A stretch of DNA of 64,000 bases, from positions 62,001-126,000 of the forward strand of contig NW_026920047.1 of the NCBI RefSeq assembly GCF_032062105.1. Direction: 5' to 3'. The DNA is from Saccostrea cucullata (taxonomy: Eukaryota). Below the pieces are notes generated by a model that did not search any database, was not told the DNA's origin, and saw only the letters and a program-made list of their open reading frames with translations. Both the position numbers and the translations under genes were made by a program. This document shows, piece after piece, positions 37,261 to 48,845 of this stretch. Position 1 is the first letter of the stretch. Each line of letters begins with the position of its first letter.

Positions 37261-39648
37261 AAATTAAATAAAAACGTCTTGTTTTATCTTTTTTAACCCA
37301 ATTGTAACTTCCTCTGAAAAACTGTTATGTAAACACCTTGAGATATAAAAGGGCTGATACCAGACGAAATTTCAAAAGGTTATTTATTTCTTTTCCTAAA
37401 TTAGGATTGAAAAGACACTGTTTGGAAATTTTTGTGAATATTTTTATTTATATAAAAATTCCAAGGAACTTTTGGACCATTTAAAATCTCAAGATTTTTC
37501 CAAAATCAGCAGCTTAAAAACGACTTTTCAACTTTTTTATATACACAACCATTCCCAACGATAAATTTAAGTCCAGACTTTTCGATATCATTGACAGCTG
37601 CTTTTTCAATAAAAATAGAACTTGTAAATTTACCTACATTGTCATTCGTAATTTTGCAAAATTACAATGTATTTTGTTAAATACATTCTGATTGTACACA
37701 CAAGAACCCTAAAGTTCACATCAGAAAGATGCTTCAGTTTCTGATTGACAATATCTATGTGTATTTTGAAATGTGACCAGGTTTTCCAACAATCTATGGA
37801 ATTCCCATGGGTACCCAATTGCGCCCCGTTATTAGCAGACCTATTTTTGTATTCATATAAAGCAGAATTGTGCAAAATCTTATGCGTGAAAAGAAGAAAA
37901 TACTTGCTGTGGACTTCAACTCGACATCAAGATATAGCGATGATAAATAACAATTGTAATTTCCATTCTTATTTCAATGATATATCCCGGTGAGAATGAT
38001 ATAAAAGATATCACAGAGTCTGACACATCTGTTTCATACTTGGATATATTACTTGAAAAAGACGTTAATGGTAATCTCGTAGAACAACATGACTTTATGA
38101 TAAACGTGATGACTTTTATTTTTCTATCGTCATTGACAACTTCCCTTACTTATGCAAGTTTATTCATCTCATTTGATTCGATATGCAAGAGCATGCTCTA
38201 CGTATGAACAATTTCTAAAAGGAGGTATATTATTGACAAACAAGTTGATGAAACAAGAATTGCGGCAGTTTCGTTAAAAGTCATCATTTCGTAAGTTCTA
38301 TGGCCGATGCAATGACCTTGTCAGCAATTACAAGTTATCTCGAAAGAATAAGCAATTCAGAATGGCAGTATCTGTCATGGCTTTATTTTGTTTAAGATAG
38401 GTTATTACATAATAAATCAATGGTATCAAACAATGGACAATGATCAAGTATTATTGCAAGTGTCAATGAGTAAGCGCCGATCCTCAATCTGGCATTTGGC
38501 GCCTACGGTTTGCAGAAACGGAGCCATATGGTGCTGACAACCCTGGAGGGTAAACAGAAGTTGCCAGCGATGGCTTGTTGCAAAATTCTGAAGTTCGTCG
38601 GCATGGATTGCAGCCTGGAAGGATCTCTAAAGCCATGACGAGGGACGATGTTGCGCTGGAATCAGAAATGATAACAGCAGAAACACAGGAGAAAACTAAC
38701 AATAATTGAATGCACAATATTTATGCCCTAACATACCTATGATAAAAATACTATATGTATGCATATCCGCGTACGTAACTGAATAGGGTGATGTATATAT
38801 GTAAGCAGTTTTTATGGATGACTGGTATATGTAAACAAGTTTTATGGATGATCGGTGTAAAGGAAAAAAAAAATGTGTGGATTAGATGAGGAATATTAAT
38901 CTACATAAAATGGTGGGGGCGGTTGGGTGATCAAAATCGTCGAGCGAAGAGGATGTGTGCGCAAGCGCATTTAAGGCTTGGGGCTATTTTGGAAATTTGG
39001 TTGAGGACAGGGGAGTTATCGCGCTTAGGCTATTCTTCTTCGATAACTGGCATTTACCGCACATGGCGGTAAATGCAATTATCTCGAAAGAATAAGCAAT
39101 TCAGAATGGCAGTATCTGTCATGGCTTTATTTTGTTTAAGATAGGTTATTACATAATAAATCAATGGTATCAAACAATGGACAATGATCAAGTATTATTG
39201 CAAGTGTCAATGAGTAAGCGCCGATCCTCAATCTGGCATTTGGCGCCTACGGTTTGCAGAAACGGAGCCATATGGTGCTGACAACCCTGGAGGGTAAACA
39301 GAAGTTGCCAGCGATGGCTTGTTGCAAAATTCTGCCAAGTGGATTGCTGTGCACGAATTTCGAGACAGCAATCCATCCGCCAACAAGTGGCGGACAATTT
39401 GGCAAACAAGACATCATGTCTTAAGCAACGCAATGATTCTCAAAGCAATACAAAAACAATATGCAGGGTATCATCAATGAATAATGTGGCAAAGCAATAT
39501 AACACAACATATCAAAGCATCAATCAGCATAACTGGGGGGAGGGGAGAGGGAAGGATGCAATGCAACTCAGTGCAATTGCGACTACTATCATGAATATGG
39601 GATGGTGTGAAGGTGTTTCTTTTACAAGCCATGCACAGATACTGTGTT

Positions 39649-40256
39649 TTATGGGAGTGTGGGGAAAACCTTTTGACTGGAAGTCAGAAACTTGGACAAT
39701 GCCGTTTGAATTGTAGTTGTAAAAATAGAATTTCCAAGATCTGATAAATGAACACAATCGAGGAATAATTTGGGCTGATCAATTCTAATATCTGGGTAAC
39801 GAATGAGGGCCCCATTTAACTTTTGCACAACAAAGCAACCAATGGAATTATTGATTCTTTTTCTAGATTTCTCTGCAGCTTCGCTCGAAATCATGTAACG
39901 CCAGTATTTGCGAGGAAGTATGTTTGACCATACAAGAAGAGTGTTTGGTAATTTTCTATGAATGGAGTCTAATAATGATTTCATGGCTATTTGTAATTTT
40001 TTAAGGGACTGAATGCCAATACTGTTGCCACCACAGTGAACTATTAGAACTTGAGGAATGATTTCATTGTGGCGATTTAACAAACTAGCAATGTGTTGAT
40101 CAAGTTGCTCCCATTTTAGTCCCCCAGATCCGGACCAGGTTACATCTATGTTTAAGTGCTCCAGAGACAAGTTTTGGCCAATTGGTGAACGTGTGCAGTA
40201 ATCTTCGGCTCGTCTGATGATGGAAGATCCAACAATCCATACCTTGCAGCGAGTTC
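39649..40256 (-). CDS. SGNH hydrolase-like ORF of the Ngaro element (no ATG; begins at a splice acceptor)
   Basis: Frame extends upstream of the ORF call to TRCKVWIVGSSIIRRA (block I), SGSGG (II), VHCGGNS (III), DCVHLS (V). Confidence 0.8.
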
Positions 40257-40292
40257 CTGCAAACTTAGCTTACAGTTAGTAAGACTGACTAT

Positions 40293-41276
40293 CTACAAGA
40301 CTACAGTATTAGGGCGAACATATGACTTAAAAGCGTTGGATTTCCATCTACCCATGGTTTTGATTTCTTGCTCTGGAGTACCTTGCATATACAATGAAGT
40401 TGCAGCCCCTATGCGAAATGAATGGGATTTGAATGTTGATATATCAAGTTTGAGGAATGATAGAGCTTTCTTTAGTATTTGATTGAATTGATAGTAAGTC
40501 AAGGGTGAGCCATCCATGTGGCACAGAAACTGTGATGTTTGAGTTTGTGATGGTCTATGGGTCGCGTACTCTAGAATGTTGTGGAATAGGACTTGATTGT
40601 GCTTTGTACTGTTAATGTGCATTGTTGTGCCCTTGCCATGCTGATCTGTTTTAGTTTTCCCTAAAGTGATCTGAATGGATGATTGGGATATTGATACATT
40701 TTCTATTGATAATGGGGAACTGTGGGTATTTGCCCTAGTGGTGGTTATTTCACCAACTCGAAGTAAAGCAAAGAATGCGAGCCCATATGCTGAGGAGAAC
40801 AGTAATTTTTCATAATAATTGCGACACACATGTTGCAGCGAGTCTATTAACTTGACTAATAGGGGAAATGTTATCGGGCTTCTTGAATCTTTTCTATGTT
40901 TTAGTTGTTTAAAGCCATTTAGCATTTTCTTGACTATGAAAAATTGGCATGGGTCTGGGAAATTACCAAGTTTTATGTTGAAGCTTAAGCCAGCTAGGTA
41001 GGTTTTGGCTGTAGAGTATGTTGTCCCCTTTGAGGATAGGTAAGCAATATAGTTAATTAATTGGTCTATGGGAGGGGGCCATACTTCTGTTAAGTTAATT
41101 TTTTTTCTAAATTGTGCAAATGAGTCAAGACCTTTCTGGTATATTTCTTGAGTGCTATGAGAGACTGATGCTGAGAGTAGTTGTTCTACGTCCTGCTCAA
41201 ATGGTTCCAGAATTCCAGAGGAACTTGGCAGGGATAATAGTCTGCATGGGGGGCCAGCTTCCTGAACTTTTGCCAC
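40293..41276 (-). CDS. Tyrosine recombinase of the Ngaro element
   Basis: LLRVGE (R), KTKTD (K), HSFRIGAAT (HxxR), GRWKSNAFKSY (W, catalytic Y). Confidence 0.93.
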   Translation of the reverse strand: MAKVQEAGPPCRLLSLPSSSGILEPFEQDVEQLLSASVSHSTQEIYQKGLDSFAQFRKKINLTEVWPPPIDQLINYIAYLSSKGTTYSTAKTYLAGLSFNIKLGNFPDPCQFFIVKKMLNGFKQLKHRKDSRSPITFPLLVKLIDSLQHVCRNYYEKLLFSSAYGLAFFALLRVGEITTTRANTHSSPLSIENVSISQSSIQITLGKTKTDQHGKGTTMHINSTKHNQVLFHNILEYATHRPSQTQTSQFLCHMDGSPLTYYQFNQILKKALSFLKLDISTFKSHSFRIGAATSLYMQGTPEQEIKTMGRWKSNAFKSYVRPNTVVL

Positions 41277-42775
41277 TGAAAACGAGATATGGCATCAGCT
41301 ATAGAATTAGAATGACCTGGTACATGTTCGCAGCGGACTTGGATATTGTATTTTAATATTTTATAAAGAAAAGGCCTGAGGAGGGACATAACTCTTGGTG
41401 ACTTTGATGTTTTTTGTTTGATTATCTCGACAACAGCCATGTTATCAATATGCAAGATTATTTTTCTGCCTTGTAGTTTGTGGCCCCATATGTATATTGC
41501 AAGGGCGACTGGGACTAACTCCAGATAAGTCAGATCTCTACAATCGTGTTGTGACCATTCTGAGGGCCATTGTAGGTAGGACCATTGTGTACCAAATATG
41601 ACCCCACACCCAAGTGAACCAGAGCTATCAGAGGATATGTGAATAGTGTCTTTATCTGACCAGTGAATATCTGGGAATACAGTTGTGCCATTAAAGTCGG
41701 ACAGGAACTCAAGCCATATATCTACATCTTCGCGAAGTGCCCTTGAGATAGTGATATAATGCTGTTGTTTGTATCCCTGTGATAGGCTGTCATAAAATCG
41801 CCTACAAAATGCTCTCCCTGCAGGTATTGCCTTAGAAATAAATGCCAAAGATCCAACTAATGATTGCATTTCTTTAAGAGTAATTTTGCGACGCGAGGCA
41901 ACGTTTTGAAGTTGGGCTTTAAGGGCGTCGACTTTATCTTTAGGGACAAATATAGTTTGGGTGATGGTATTAATCCCTAACCCTAGAAATGTTAAACAAG
42001 TTGTAGGACCTTCAGTTTTTTCCTCTGACAGAGGAACGCCGAGCGTTTCACAAGTTATGTCAAATATTTGCATGAGGTTTTTGCACACAAGGGTGTTTGC
42101 AGGGCCTGCAAAAAGGAAATCATCAAGGTAGTGTACTAATGTGTCAATATTGGCTCGATCTTGAACAATCCAATGGAGGGCTGTGGCAAATTTTTCAAAT
42201 GTAGCACATGCTATAGAGCAACCGAATGGGAGGCACTTATCGAAATAATAGTTGTTAAAATAAAAACCAAGCAAGGAAAAATCCTCGGGGCGAATAGGAA
42301 GGAGTCTGAATGCACTAGAAATGTCTTTTTTCCCCAACAAAGCTCCCTTGCCTAGTTCTTTTATCATTCTTACTGTCGAGTCAAATGATGTATAATGAAC
42401 GGTGCAGAGATCTGGGTCTATAAAGTCATTAACACTATTTCCCTCTGGTGCAGATAAGTTACAAATCATACGCCACCCCCCTTGCTTTTTGGGAACAATG
42501 CCTATTGGGCTACACTTGATATTTGACATGGGGATATTCTTGAACGGCCCAGCTACTCTACCTAATTTAACCTCTTGATCAATTTTTTCTTGGAGCTGCT
42601 GTGAATTTGTTTGTGCAGATTTCATGTTTTTAGATTTTTGATATTCCCGTATACCCGAATAACAAATGTTGAAACCATATTGAAAACCATTGATTAATTC
42701 ATGAGCAATATGTTGCAAGGGGTAGTCTTTTAGCATTGATTTTAGGATGTTAACGTTGACTGGGGTTGGGGCCAA
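41186..42775 (-). CDS. Reverse transcriptase / RNase H of the Ngaro element
   Basis: SPIGIVPKK, DISSAFRLLP, LPFG, HYLDDF, FLGLGI; RNase H SDSS, LEL, HIDN, ADAISR. Confidence 0.93.
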   Translation of the reverse strand: MAPTPVNVNILKSMLKDYPLQHIAHELINGFQYGFNICYSGIREYQKSKNMKSAQTNSQQLQEKIDQEVKLGRVAGPFKNIPMSNIKCSPIGIVPKKQGGWRMICNLSAPEGNSVNDFIDPDLCTVHYTSFDSTVRMIKELGKGALLGKKDISSAFRLLPIRPEDFSLLGFYFNNYYFDKCLPFGCSIACATFEKFATALHWIVQDRANIDTLVHYLDDFLFAGPANTLVCKNLMQIFDITCETLGVPLSEEKTEGPTTCLTFLGLGINTITQTIFVPKDKVDALKAQLQNVASRRKITLKEMQSLVGSLAFISKAIPAGRAFCRRFYDSLSQGYKQQHYITISRALREDVDIWLEFLSDFNGTTVFPDIHWSDKDTIHISSDSSGSLGCGVIFGTQWSYLQWPSEWSQHDCRDLTYLELVPVALAIYIWGHKLQGRKIILHIDNMAVVEIIKQKTSKSPRVMSLLRPFLYKILKYNIQVRCEHVPGHSNSIADAISRFQWQKFRKLAPHADYYPCQVPLEFWNHLSRT

Positions 42776-43805
42776 GTCCCAGAGGCCTTGGTTGGTTTGG
42801 GGGGAACCCTCTACTCTGAAATCTGCTTGGGGGCTGGCGGGGATGTTCGGCTTGGGATGGGCGAAAGTTTTCTGTGCGAAATGCCTGACTGTTGTGCCAG
42901 CGGCAGTTTATGAGTGGGTGATTATTGGAGCATTTAATGCAAGCATGTTGATAAGAGCAGTATGGTCTTCCGCATGTGCCTTTGTAATTGAAGTCAAAGC
43001 ATTTTGGCGATTTAGATGTATAATTTGGGGTTTGCTGTGATAGAGTGTTGTGGCCATGAGACACATACAAGAGCCATAATTCTGCGTCGACACACCCCCA
43101 GTCGAGAGTATGGTTCCTGGAGCGCTTTAGTCTAAATTGTATGTCATAATTGAGCCAGTTTAAGTTTGATGATCGCTGTGCAGCAGTGCGTATGATGTTA
43201 ATGTATTTAAGGATTGATTGAATGTGTTCAGGGAACTTAGTCAAGTAAATGCTGCTGAAAATGAGGAAAGCATTTGTCCATGTTTCAATTGAAGTTATTT
43301 TGATTTCTTTATGCTTAGCCTTTAGCACTAATTCGCCGGCAACAAATGCGAGCTGTTGCTGGGGCTCGTCATTTGGTTTGAGAGGAAGTAATTTATGCAA
43401 GTGAATGAATGCATTATCATATATGTTTTGTCTCAGGTTGTCTGGGACATGGACGCCCAATGCGTCTGAAACGCCACATAATGAATTTGGTGTTGTTGCA
43501 CTTGAATTAGATAATGTATTAGAGCTGCCTGAAGTACCTGGAGAAAGCATTGTTGGCGATGCCTCAAACTCTAAGGGGTCAGGGATGTCTATTCCTGAGG
43601 AAGTTGTAGGCTGGTTTGATAAGGCTGGAGGTATGGCGTCAGGAGTGACCTGGTTCGGTTGAGTCACGGTGCTTGTAGCAGTGGTGACCTGGTTCGGTTG
43701 AGTCACGGTGCTTGTAGGCCTGGATGCTTTGGCCTTTTTGGTGGCAGCTGGAGCTCGGCCGGGCCTGGCATATGGAGACTTTGTAGTCCTTTTTGCACGG
43801 AGCAT
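42750..43805 (-). CDS. Gag-like ORF1 of the Ngaro element
   Basis: W..YD.QFR motif and C-terminal CFDFN...C....C.YQH.C..C...H....C zinc fingers; ATG at 43805 follows a tttatag acceptor; 39-bp-period internal duplication TSTVTQPNQVT. Confidence 0.85.
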   Translation of the reverse strand: MLRAKRTTKSPYARPGRAPAATKKAKASRPTSTVTQPNQVTTATSTVTQPNQVTPDAIPPALSNQPTTSSGIDIPDPLEFEASPTMLSPGTSGSSNTLSNSSATTPNSLCGVSDALGVHVPDNLRQNIYDNAFIHLHKLLPLKPNDEPQQQLAFVAGELVLKAKHKEIKITSIETWTNAFLIFSSIYLTKFPEHIQSILKYINIIRTAAQRSSNLNWLNYDIQFRLKRSRNHTLDWGCVDAELWLLYVSHGHNTLSQQTPNYTSKSPKCFDFNYKGTCGRPYCSYQHACIKCSNNHPLINCRWHNSQAFRTENFRPSQAEHPRQPPSRFQSRGFPPNQPRPLGLGPNPSQR

Positions 43806-45184
43806 GTTTCTATAAAACAAACAACTGTGTAACTTGTGTTTAACATGTACATAATTCATTATTATTATTATTATTTGCTTATATAAATTTTTACTATTAA
43901 TTTTTTTTTGTTTGAATCTGAGATTGTAAGTTATTAACATCGTTTACTAATTATGAATGGTCAAATTATATGTAGAGTTAAAGCCCTTTTGTTTAACGTT
44001 TGGCATGCCGCCATTAACGGATGGTGATGATGAATATTGATCCAGCAAAATCTGCTGACATCTTAAGTGCTGAGGCAAGGGAAACGCCCAATTCGCTTCC
44101 AATGCTTCACTAGATGTTTAATACATACCGATGACCGGTGGAACGATACCTGTACAATATAGTAATCCACGTAATGGGTTGCAACTTGGAGGTGATTTTT
44201 CTGTTGATGCTGTCTGATCAAAATCGTCGAGCGAAGAGGATGTGTGCGCAAGCGCATTTAAGGCTTGGGGCTATTTTGGAAATTTGGTTGAGGACAGGGG
44301 AGTTATCGCGCTTAGGCTATTCTTCTTCGATAACTGGCATTTACCGCACATGGCGGTAAATGCAATTATCATTGGATCAAATGTTGATTGACGTTTTTCA
44401 TACTAATTGTTAGTCCATTATTTTGAAAACTGAATTGACGACAGATTTTGCCGTTTTTCCCAAATCATGACAAGGAGCACACGGCGGTTGTGACCGGTAG
44501 GCAGGGGATGCTCACTCCGCCGTGGCACCTGATCCCATCTCTAATGTTTTGGAGGAAGAAAGAAAAAGAAATTTTGTTTAGAAAGATGTGTGAGTGCAAG
44601 ATCATTTAAAGCTACAGAACTGTAGCACTCTGCTTGAGAATACTCTGAATGTGAATTAAAAGGGTATTATGTAAAATCAACCTGCATATAAATCTTTCCT
44701 TACAATTTTATTGAGTGATGTGTACAGCTTTTCTGATACCTTTCTGACAGCTGATAAATTTCATTTAAAGGTAACCCCTATTGATGTTCTAAAAATCAAC
44801 ATACCCGGTATTTGTAAATAGCTTTTCTAAAAATGTTTTATAACAGACTCTGGAAATATAGGGGACATGAACTCCATAAAAGGAAGCTGGTGATAGAAAA
44901 GCTGAAGTATACCAAACACACCTTCCCTCTTGTCCTTGGGCACATAGATCCATTGTGCCTTGCTTACAGCTGATGTTCTTTGAATACACTGGTATGAAAT
45001 AATTCCTCCTTTCAATTTCCTGGCATTAAAAAGTATTATCATAAAATATTGTTAGTTTTGAATATACTAGTACTTGTTCAATATTTCCCAGAAAATAATT
45101 TTAATGTATCATTTATGTGTACAGGACTTTTGTAAACTGAATGTTTCTCCACACATCTCTTGCTCTGGATCTTTAGCTTGATTC

Positions 45185-45800
45185 AAACAATAATCAAGCT
45201 CAAAGTCCATGAAAACACTGAAAATTTGGAGTAGAGCAAACATGGGCTTAAAAAAAACATCAGAGGTATCAGGTGCTATAGAGGAGTGAGCATCCCCTGC
45301 CGACTGTTTACACTCGCTGTGTGCTCCTTATCATGATCTGGCAAACAAAAAAATCCGTAAATTCAATGTAAAAATAATGGCCTAAAACATTGTATGAAAA
45401 ACGGTTATCAGCATTTGACTTAATGATAAACTGTATTGACCATTGTATCGACCATAGAACTTCCAAAATAATATTTAAAAAAAAACAGTAAATATTCTTA
45501 TTTCATCAACTTATTAGTCGAAGGCTTGGCACGTGTTTGAAATTTTTTCGTCCATGGAACATTTTTTGCACATTGAATCAATTGAGAAACATTAACCCCA
45601 TATAACAATTGAATGGTACATGTATATTGTTTCATAACAAAAGAACGTTGACGATAGAAAAGTTCAATTGATTAACGAATATCATAATTTTTTTTTTATA
45701 TTAAGGTTGGATCTTCTTTTGTTTCTGACTAGATGAAACATTCAAAGTAGATTTGCTTAAATGTCTTATATATTGAGGTGTAAGGAATTTAAAAGACCAT
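45185..45800 (-). mobile_element. Penelope-like 3' fragment
   Basis: Reverse-complement homology to 54478-55012. Confidence 0.7.
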
Positions 45801-46045
45801 ATTTTTTTTTCCTCGTCACAATTGTACAACTTTAAATAGGAATGGTAAACTGCGTTTGAAAACTAGCAGAGACTATATCAAGAAAACGTCTGGACAAAAA
45901 AACATGCGTACAATCGCAATATGTCGTTCCCGACTTCGTCTGGGGCGACATAATTAATTACTTCATCAGCAAACAGTGCTTCCATTAAATGGTAACATTT
46001 TCTTATGGTATTAACATGATTTAATGTTTTTTCTTTGTTATGGTT

Positions 46046-47657
46046 TCACAGCAGATATTTGATTTTCTTCACTTTTCCATTTCTAAACTGAGCAACGAAC
46101 AGATAATCATTTGAATCTATACACAGTCCCAGGGGATCAATCAGACTACATTTTATATAATAGAGGAACTGTCAATCCTGGTCTATGATGTGGACACAGT
46201 GATTGTTATCATCAGCTGTAAGGATGTGACTCTGACTGTCTGTGGTGATTCCTCATGGACTGAATGGTCTGTTCTTTGGAGAAGGAGTATGTCCAGTGTA
46301 CCTGAATCTCAGTTTCCCTGTCTGATTGACTACCACTATTACTTCAGCTTTATGGTCAGATACACAGATATCCAGGTTCCTGTTCTCAGTTATATGTCTG
46401 TAGTAAAAACCCGTGGAATAGAGAGGTTTACCTTGATCATCAAACTGAATCGTTTGCTTCTTTGTGGAGCCGCAGTAACGGACAACCTTTGATTGTTTTT
46501 CTCGAACATTATTCATGTACATGATAACCAGCAAATCAAAAGAGAGCGTTATACAGCCACTGTAAGGACCCCATTTCTGTGTTTTGATTATCCCTTCTAT
46601 TCCTTCATTCTTCACAATATTCAATGTGTTATCCATGTGATCGGTATAAACTAGATCTCCATTTTTCGTTACTTCTAAGTCATAGAGTTTTTTTTCCTGA
46701 CTTGGTTGTGATTGACTTGAGTAGTGATCCTTCGTTGATGCTGAAGAGTTTCATGGTGTTGTCAGTTCCATTTGCCCAGATTTCTTCATCAATCAGACAG
46801 GCCACATTGAGTAGATTTTCATATCCAGTGTGTATGGTGGTGACAGTCTCTGGTTTATCAAGCAACTGAATGACTGGAGAAGAGGATCCAGCTTCTGATG
46901 ATTTCTGTGTTGTCCTCATGCTTTAGTCATGTTTTTCTAATGTTAAAGAACTCGGAGCTAAGACGCCGAAAAGTTTGCTGATCTCTTCTCCTAGGATTTT
47001 GCCAGGTGTAAATTTTGGTAAAGAAGGCAAAATTTTCTGCGGAAGATTTTTATATTTGTCTATATTGGGTATAAGATTAATGTCTAAGAGTCTTGTTGTG
47101 TCATTAGAATCAACGAACGTTTCAATGAAACTGATTTCATTCTTTATATCAGATATTTTACAGGTAACTTCATCCAGATGTTTCTGCAAAGATTTGAACT
47201 GTTTGATTTCCGTCTCATGAACTTCAGCATGAAGCTAATTTTTCTGTGCAAGGTATCTCCGTGTTCTATCACGGCGGTTGAGAGATATCCGTAATCTTTT
47301 TCTAATTGACTAATTCTGTTTTGTACATCAGAGGCAATAGCCATGTATGTTGGGCATATCGTCTCCTTTAGCTTCATTTGTTTCTTGGCAATTTTTTCCC
47401 TTTCTTTCATCAAGAACTCGTAGAATTTTTAATACATCATGGCACATTGTTTTTTTGATATGAAAATTACATCCAGGGTAGAGGGGAGTGGATTTTCGAA
47501 GACTGTTTGTAACAATTTCATGTTTTTTGGATTCATCGGAAATCGTATGTTCTCCCACACAGGCCTTACACAGGTTGACAAGACATGTATCACAGTGCAT
47601 CTGTACCACAACGGTCTCACACAGGTCACATTGAATTACACTGGTACGGGGGTCCAT
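46046..47657 (-). pseudogene. TRIM-like gene copy D, pseudogene; closest to copy C
   Basis: Five ORF fragments in different frames, deletion removing most of B-box2 near 47440, in-frame stops at 46923 and 46253. Confidence 0.92.
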
Positions 47658-48502
47658 AATTAAAATATACTTAAAATGGAGGAAAATTGTGCTTCTAAAT
47701 ATTCTTAAAGCCCTTCAAATTAAATGACTTAACTGTTTATTGAATCACTGTCTAATTTGTAGGGTATGTTAGGGTATTTACCATAGTTTAAAACGTGGGA
47801 TAATTTTTATATCAAGCGAAGTTAGCATTGATATGTGAAATAAATTGTAGAAATAAAGGAAAGAATGTTAAAAGATTTAAAAAGTAAACACGAATAAACA
47901 CAGAAAAAGTTAGAGGTACTGTGAACAGTGAGCTCACTAAATGATAACCCCCACCTCTCATATTACGCGGTTTATAACTGCAAAGTCCATTTTTTGACCT
48001 CAGAGACCCGAAGCAAGTGGCACACCAACAAGTAAAATAGGAGGTGCATAATAGCATTATGTAATAAAGAACAAATGCTTGTGAAGGTTTCATTATAATT
48101 GATTCATTGGTATAGGATGCGGATAAAAGATGGGTACTCTTCAATATAATTATTACAATATGGCAGTGTCGATGTTTTGAAATCGTAAACTCGAAATATG
48201 TTTCTGATTAAAAATGTTAAATAAGAGGTGCACAATGGCACTATGTAATAAAGATTCTCTAAAAATCTCATTCGAGATTTAAAATTATTTCACTAAAAAT
48301 GAAAAATCAAAAAATGACATACAAAAAGAATTCTTTATGAGTCTAATAAAAAGGAACTGAAATCCATGCCATAGACCTAATTTTTACTCATGAAGTTAAA
48401 TCTTAATGTTTAATTCAACGAAAAATAATATTTAAACTAATCATTTTTTATGTTGTTTTATTGAAAAATAAACAATAAAATGATAAAGCTTATAACCATT
48501 AC

Positions 48503-48845
48503 CATATTTTAATGTCTGTGTATCTATCCTGTTCATCAATCTCTCTTTCTCTTCGTAATGGAATTACGTGACCCACATACTTAAAAGTATTTTTTTCAAA
48601 ACTTTCCGGTATTTTAATATATCTGAGTCACAGAGCTGTCTTCTCCGTCATTTTAGATTTTTTTACAGACTTTGTGTACTTATAAGGATGTGTGTTTACA
48701 AAGTAGCATATAAGAGAAGGAATTCAAACACTTTATATGATTCATTATTCCGCTTTTTTTAAATATTATATTACTAAGTCATATATTTCCTTGTACAGAG
48801 ATTATTTTGGGTTCCTCTATATTTTTAAGGAGCCTCTCATAAGAA
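48503..48845 (-). promoter_or_regulatory. Probable first exon / promoter of gene copy D
   Basis: Homologous to 36920-37260 (atgtctg.gt.tctatc.tgttc.tcaa, gagtcaca, tgtgtttacaaagtagcata, atttccttgtacagag). Confidence 0.55.

Larger units (their letters stand above)
38335..44370 (-). mobile_element. Ngaro/DIRS-group tyrosine-recombinase retrotransposon, apparently intact, split direct repeats A1-ORFs-B1-A2-spacer-B2
   Basis: A repeats 44215-44370 and 38928-39083 (156 bp); B repeats 39079-39334 and 38335-38590 (256 bp); TTATC at both ends and at the B1/A2 junction; four uninterrupted ORFs. Confidence 0.93.
37480..44535 (+). mobile_element. Decayed Penelope-like element (RT and 3' region) split by the Ngaro insertion (pieces 37480-38339 and 44371-44535)
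   Basis: DFST..YTTIP, FLIDNIY, GIPMGT-NCAPLLADLFLYSY, SYLDILL motifs in shifted frames; colinear with 54478-55012 across the insertion. Confidence 0.8.

Noticed and set aside
40293-41276. Phage integrase, prophage or bacterial contamination
   Set aside because: The recombinase overlaps RT/RNase H inside split direct repeats, the standard DIRS-group layout, and is embedded in eukaryotic repeats
31413-47657. Diversity-generating retroelement (RT flanked by a variable gene and a template-like copy)
   Set aside because: The RT belongs to a self-contained Ngaro element inserted in a Penelope fragment; differences between copies C and D are not adenine-specific and include indels
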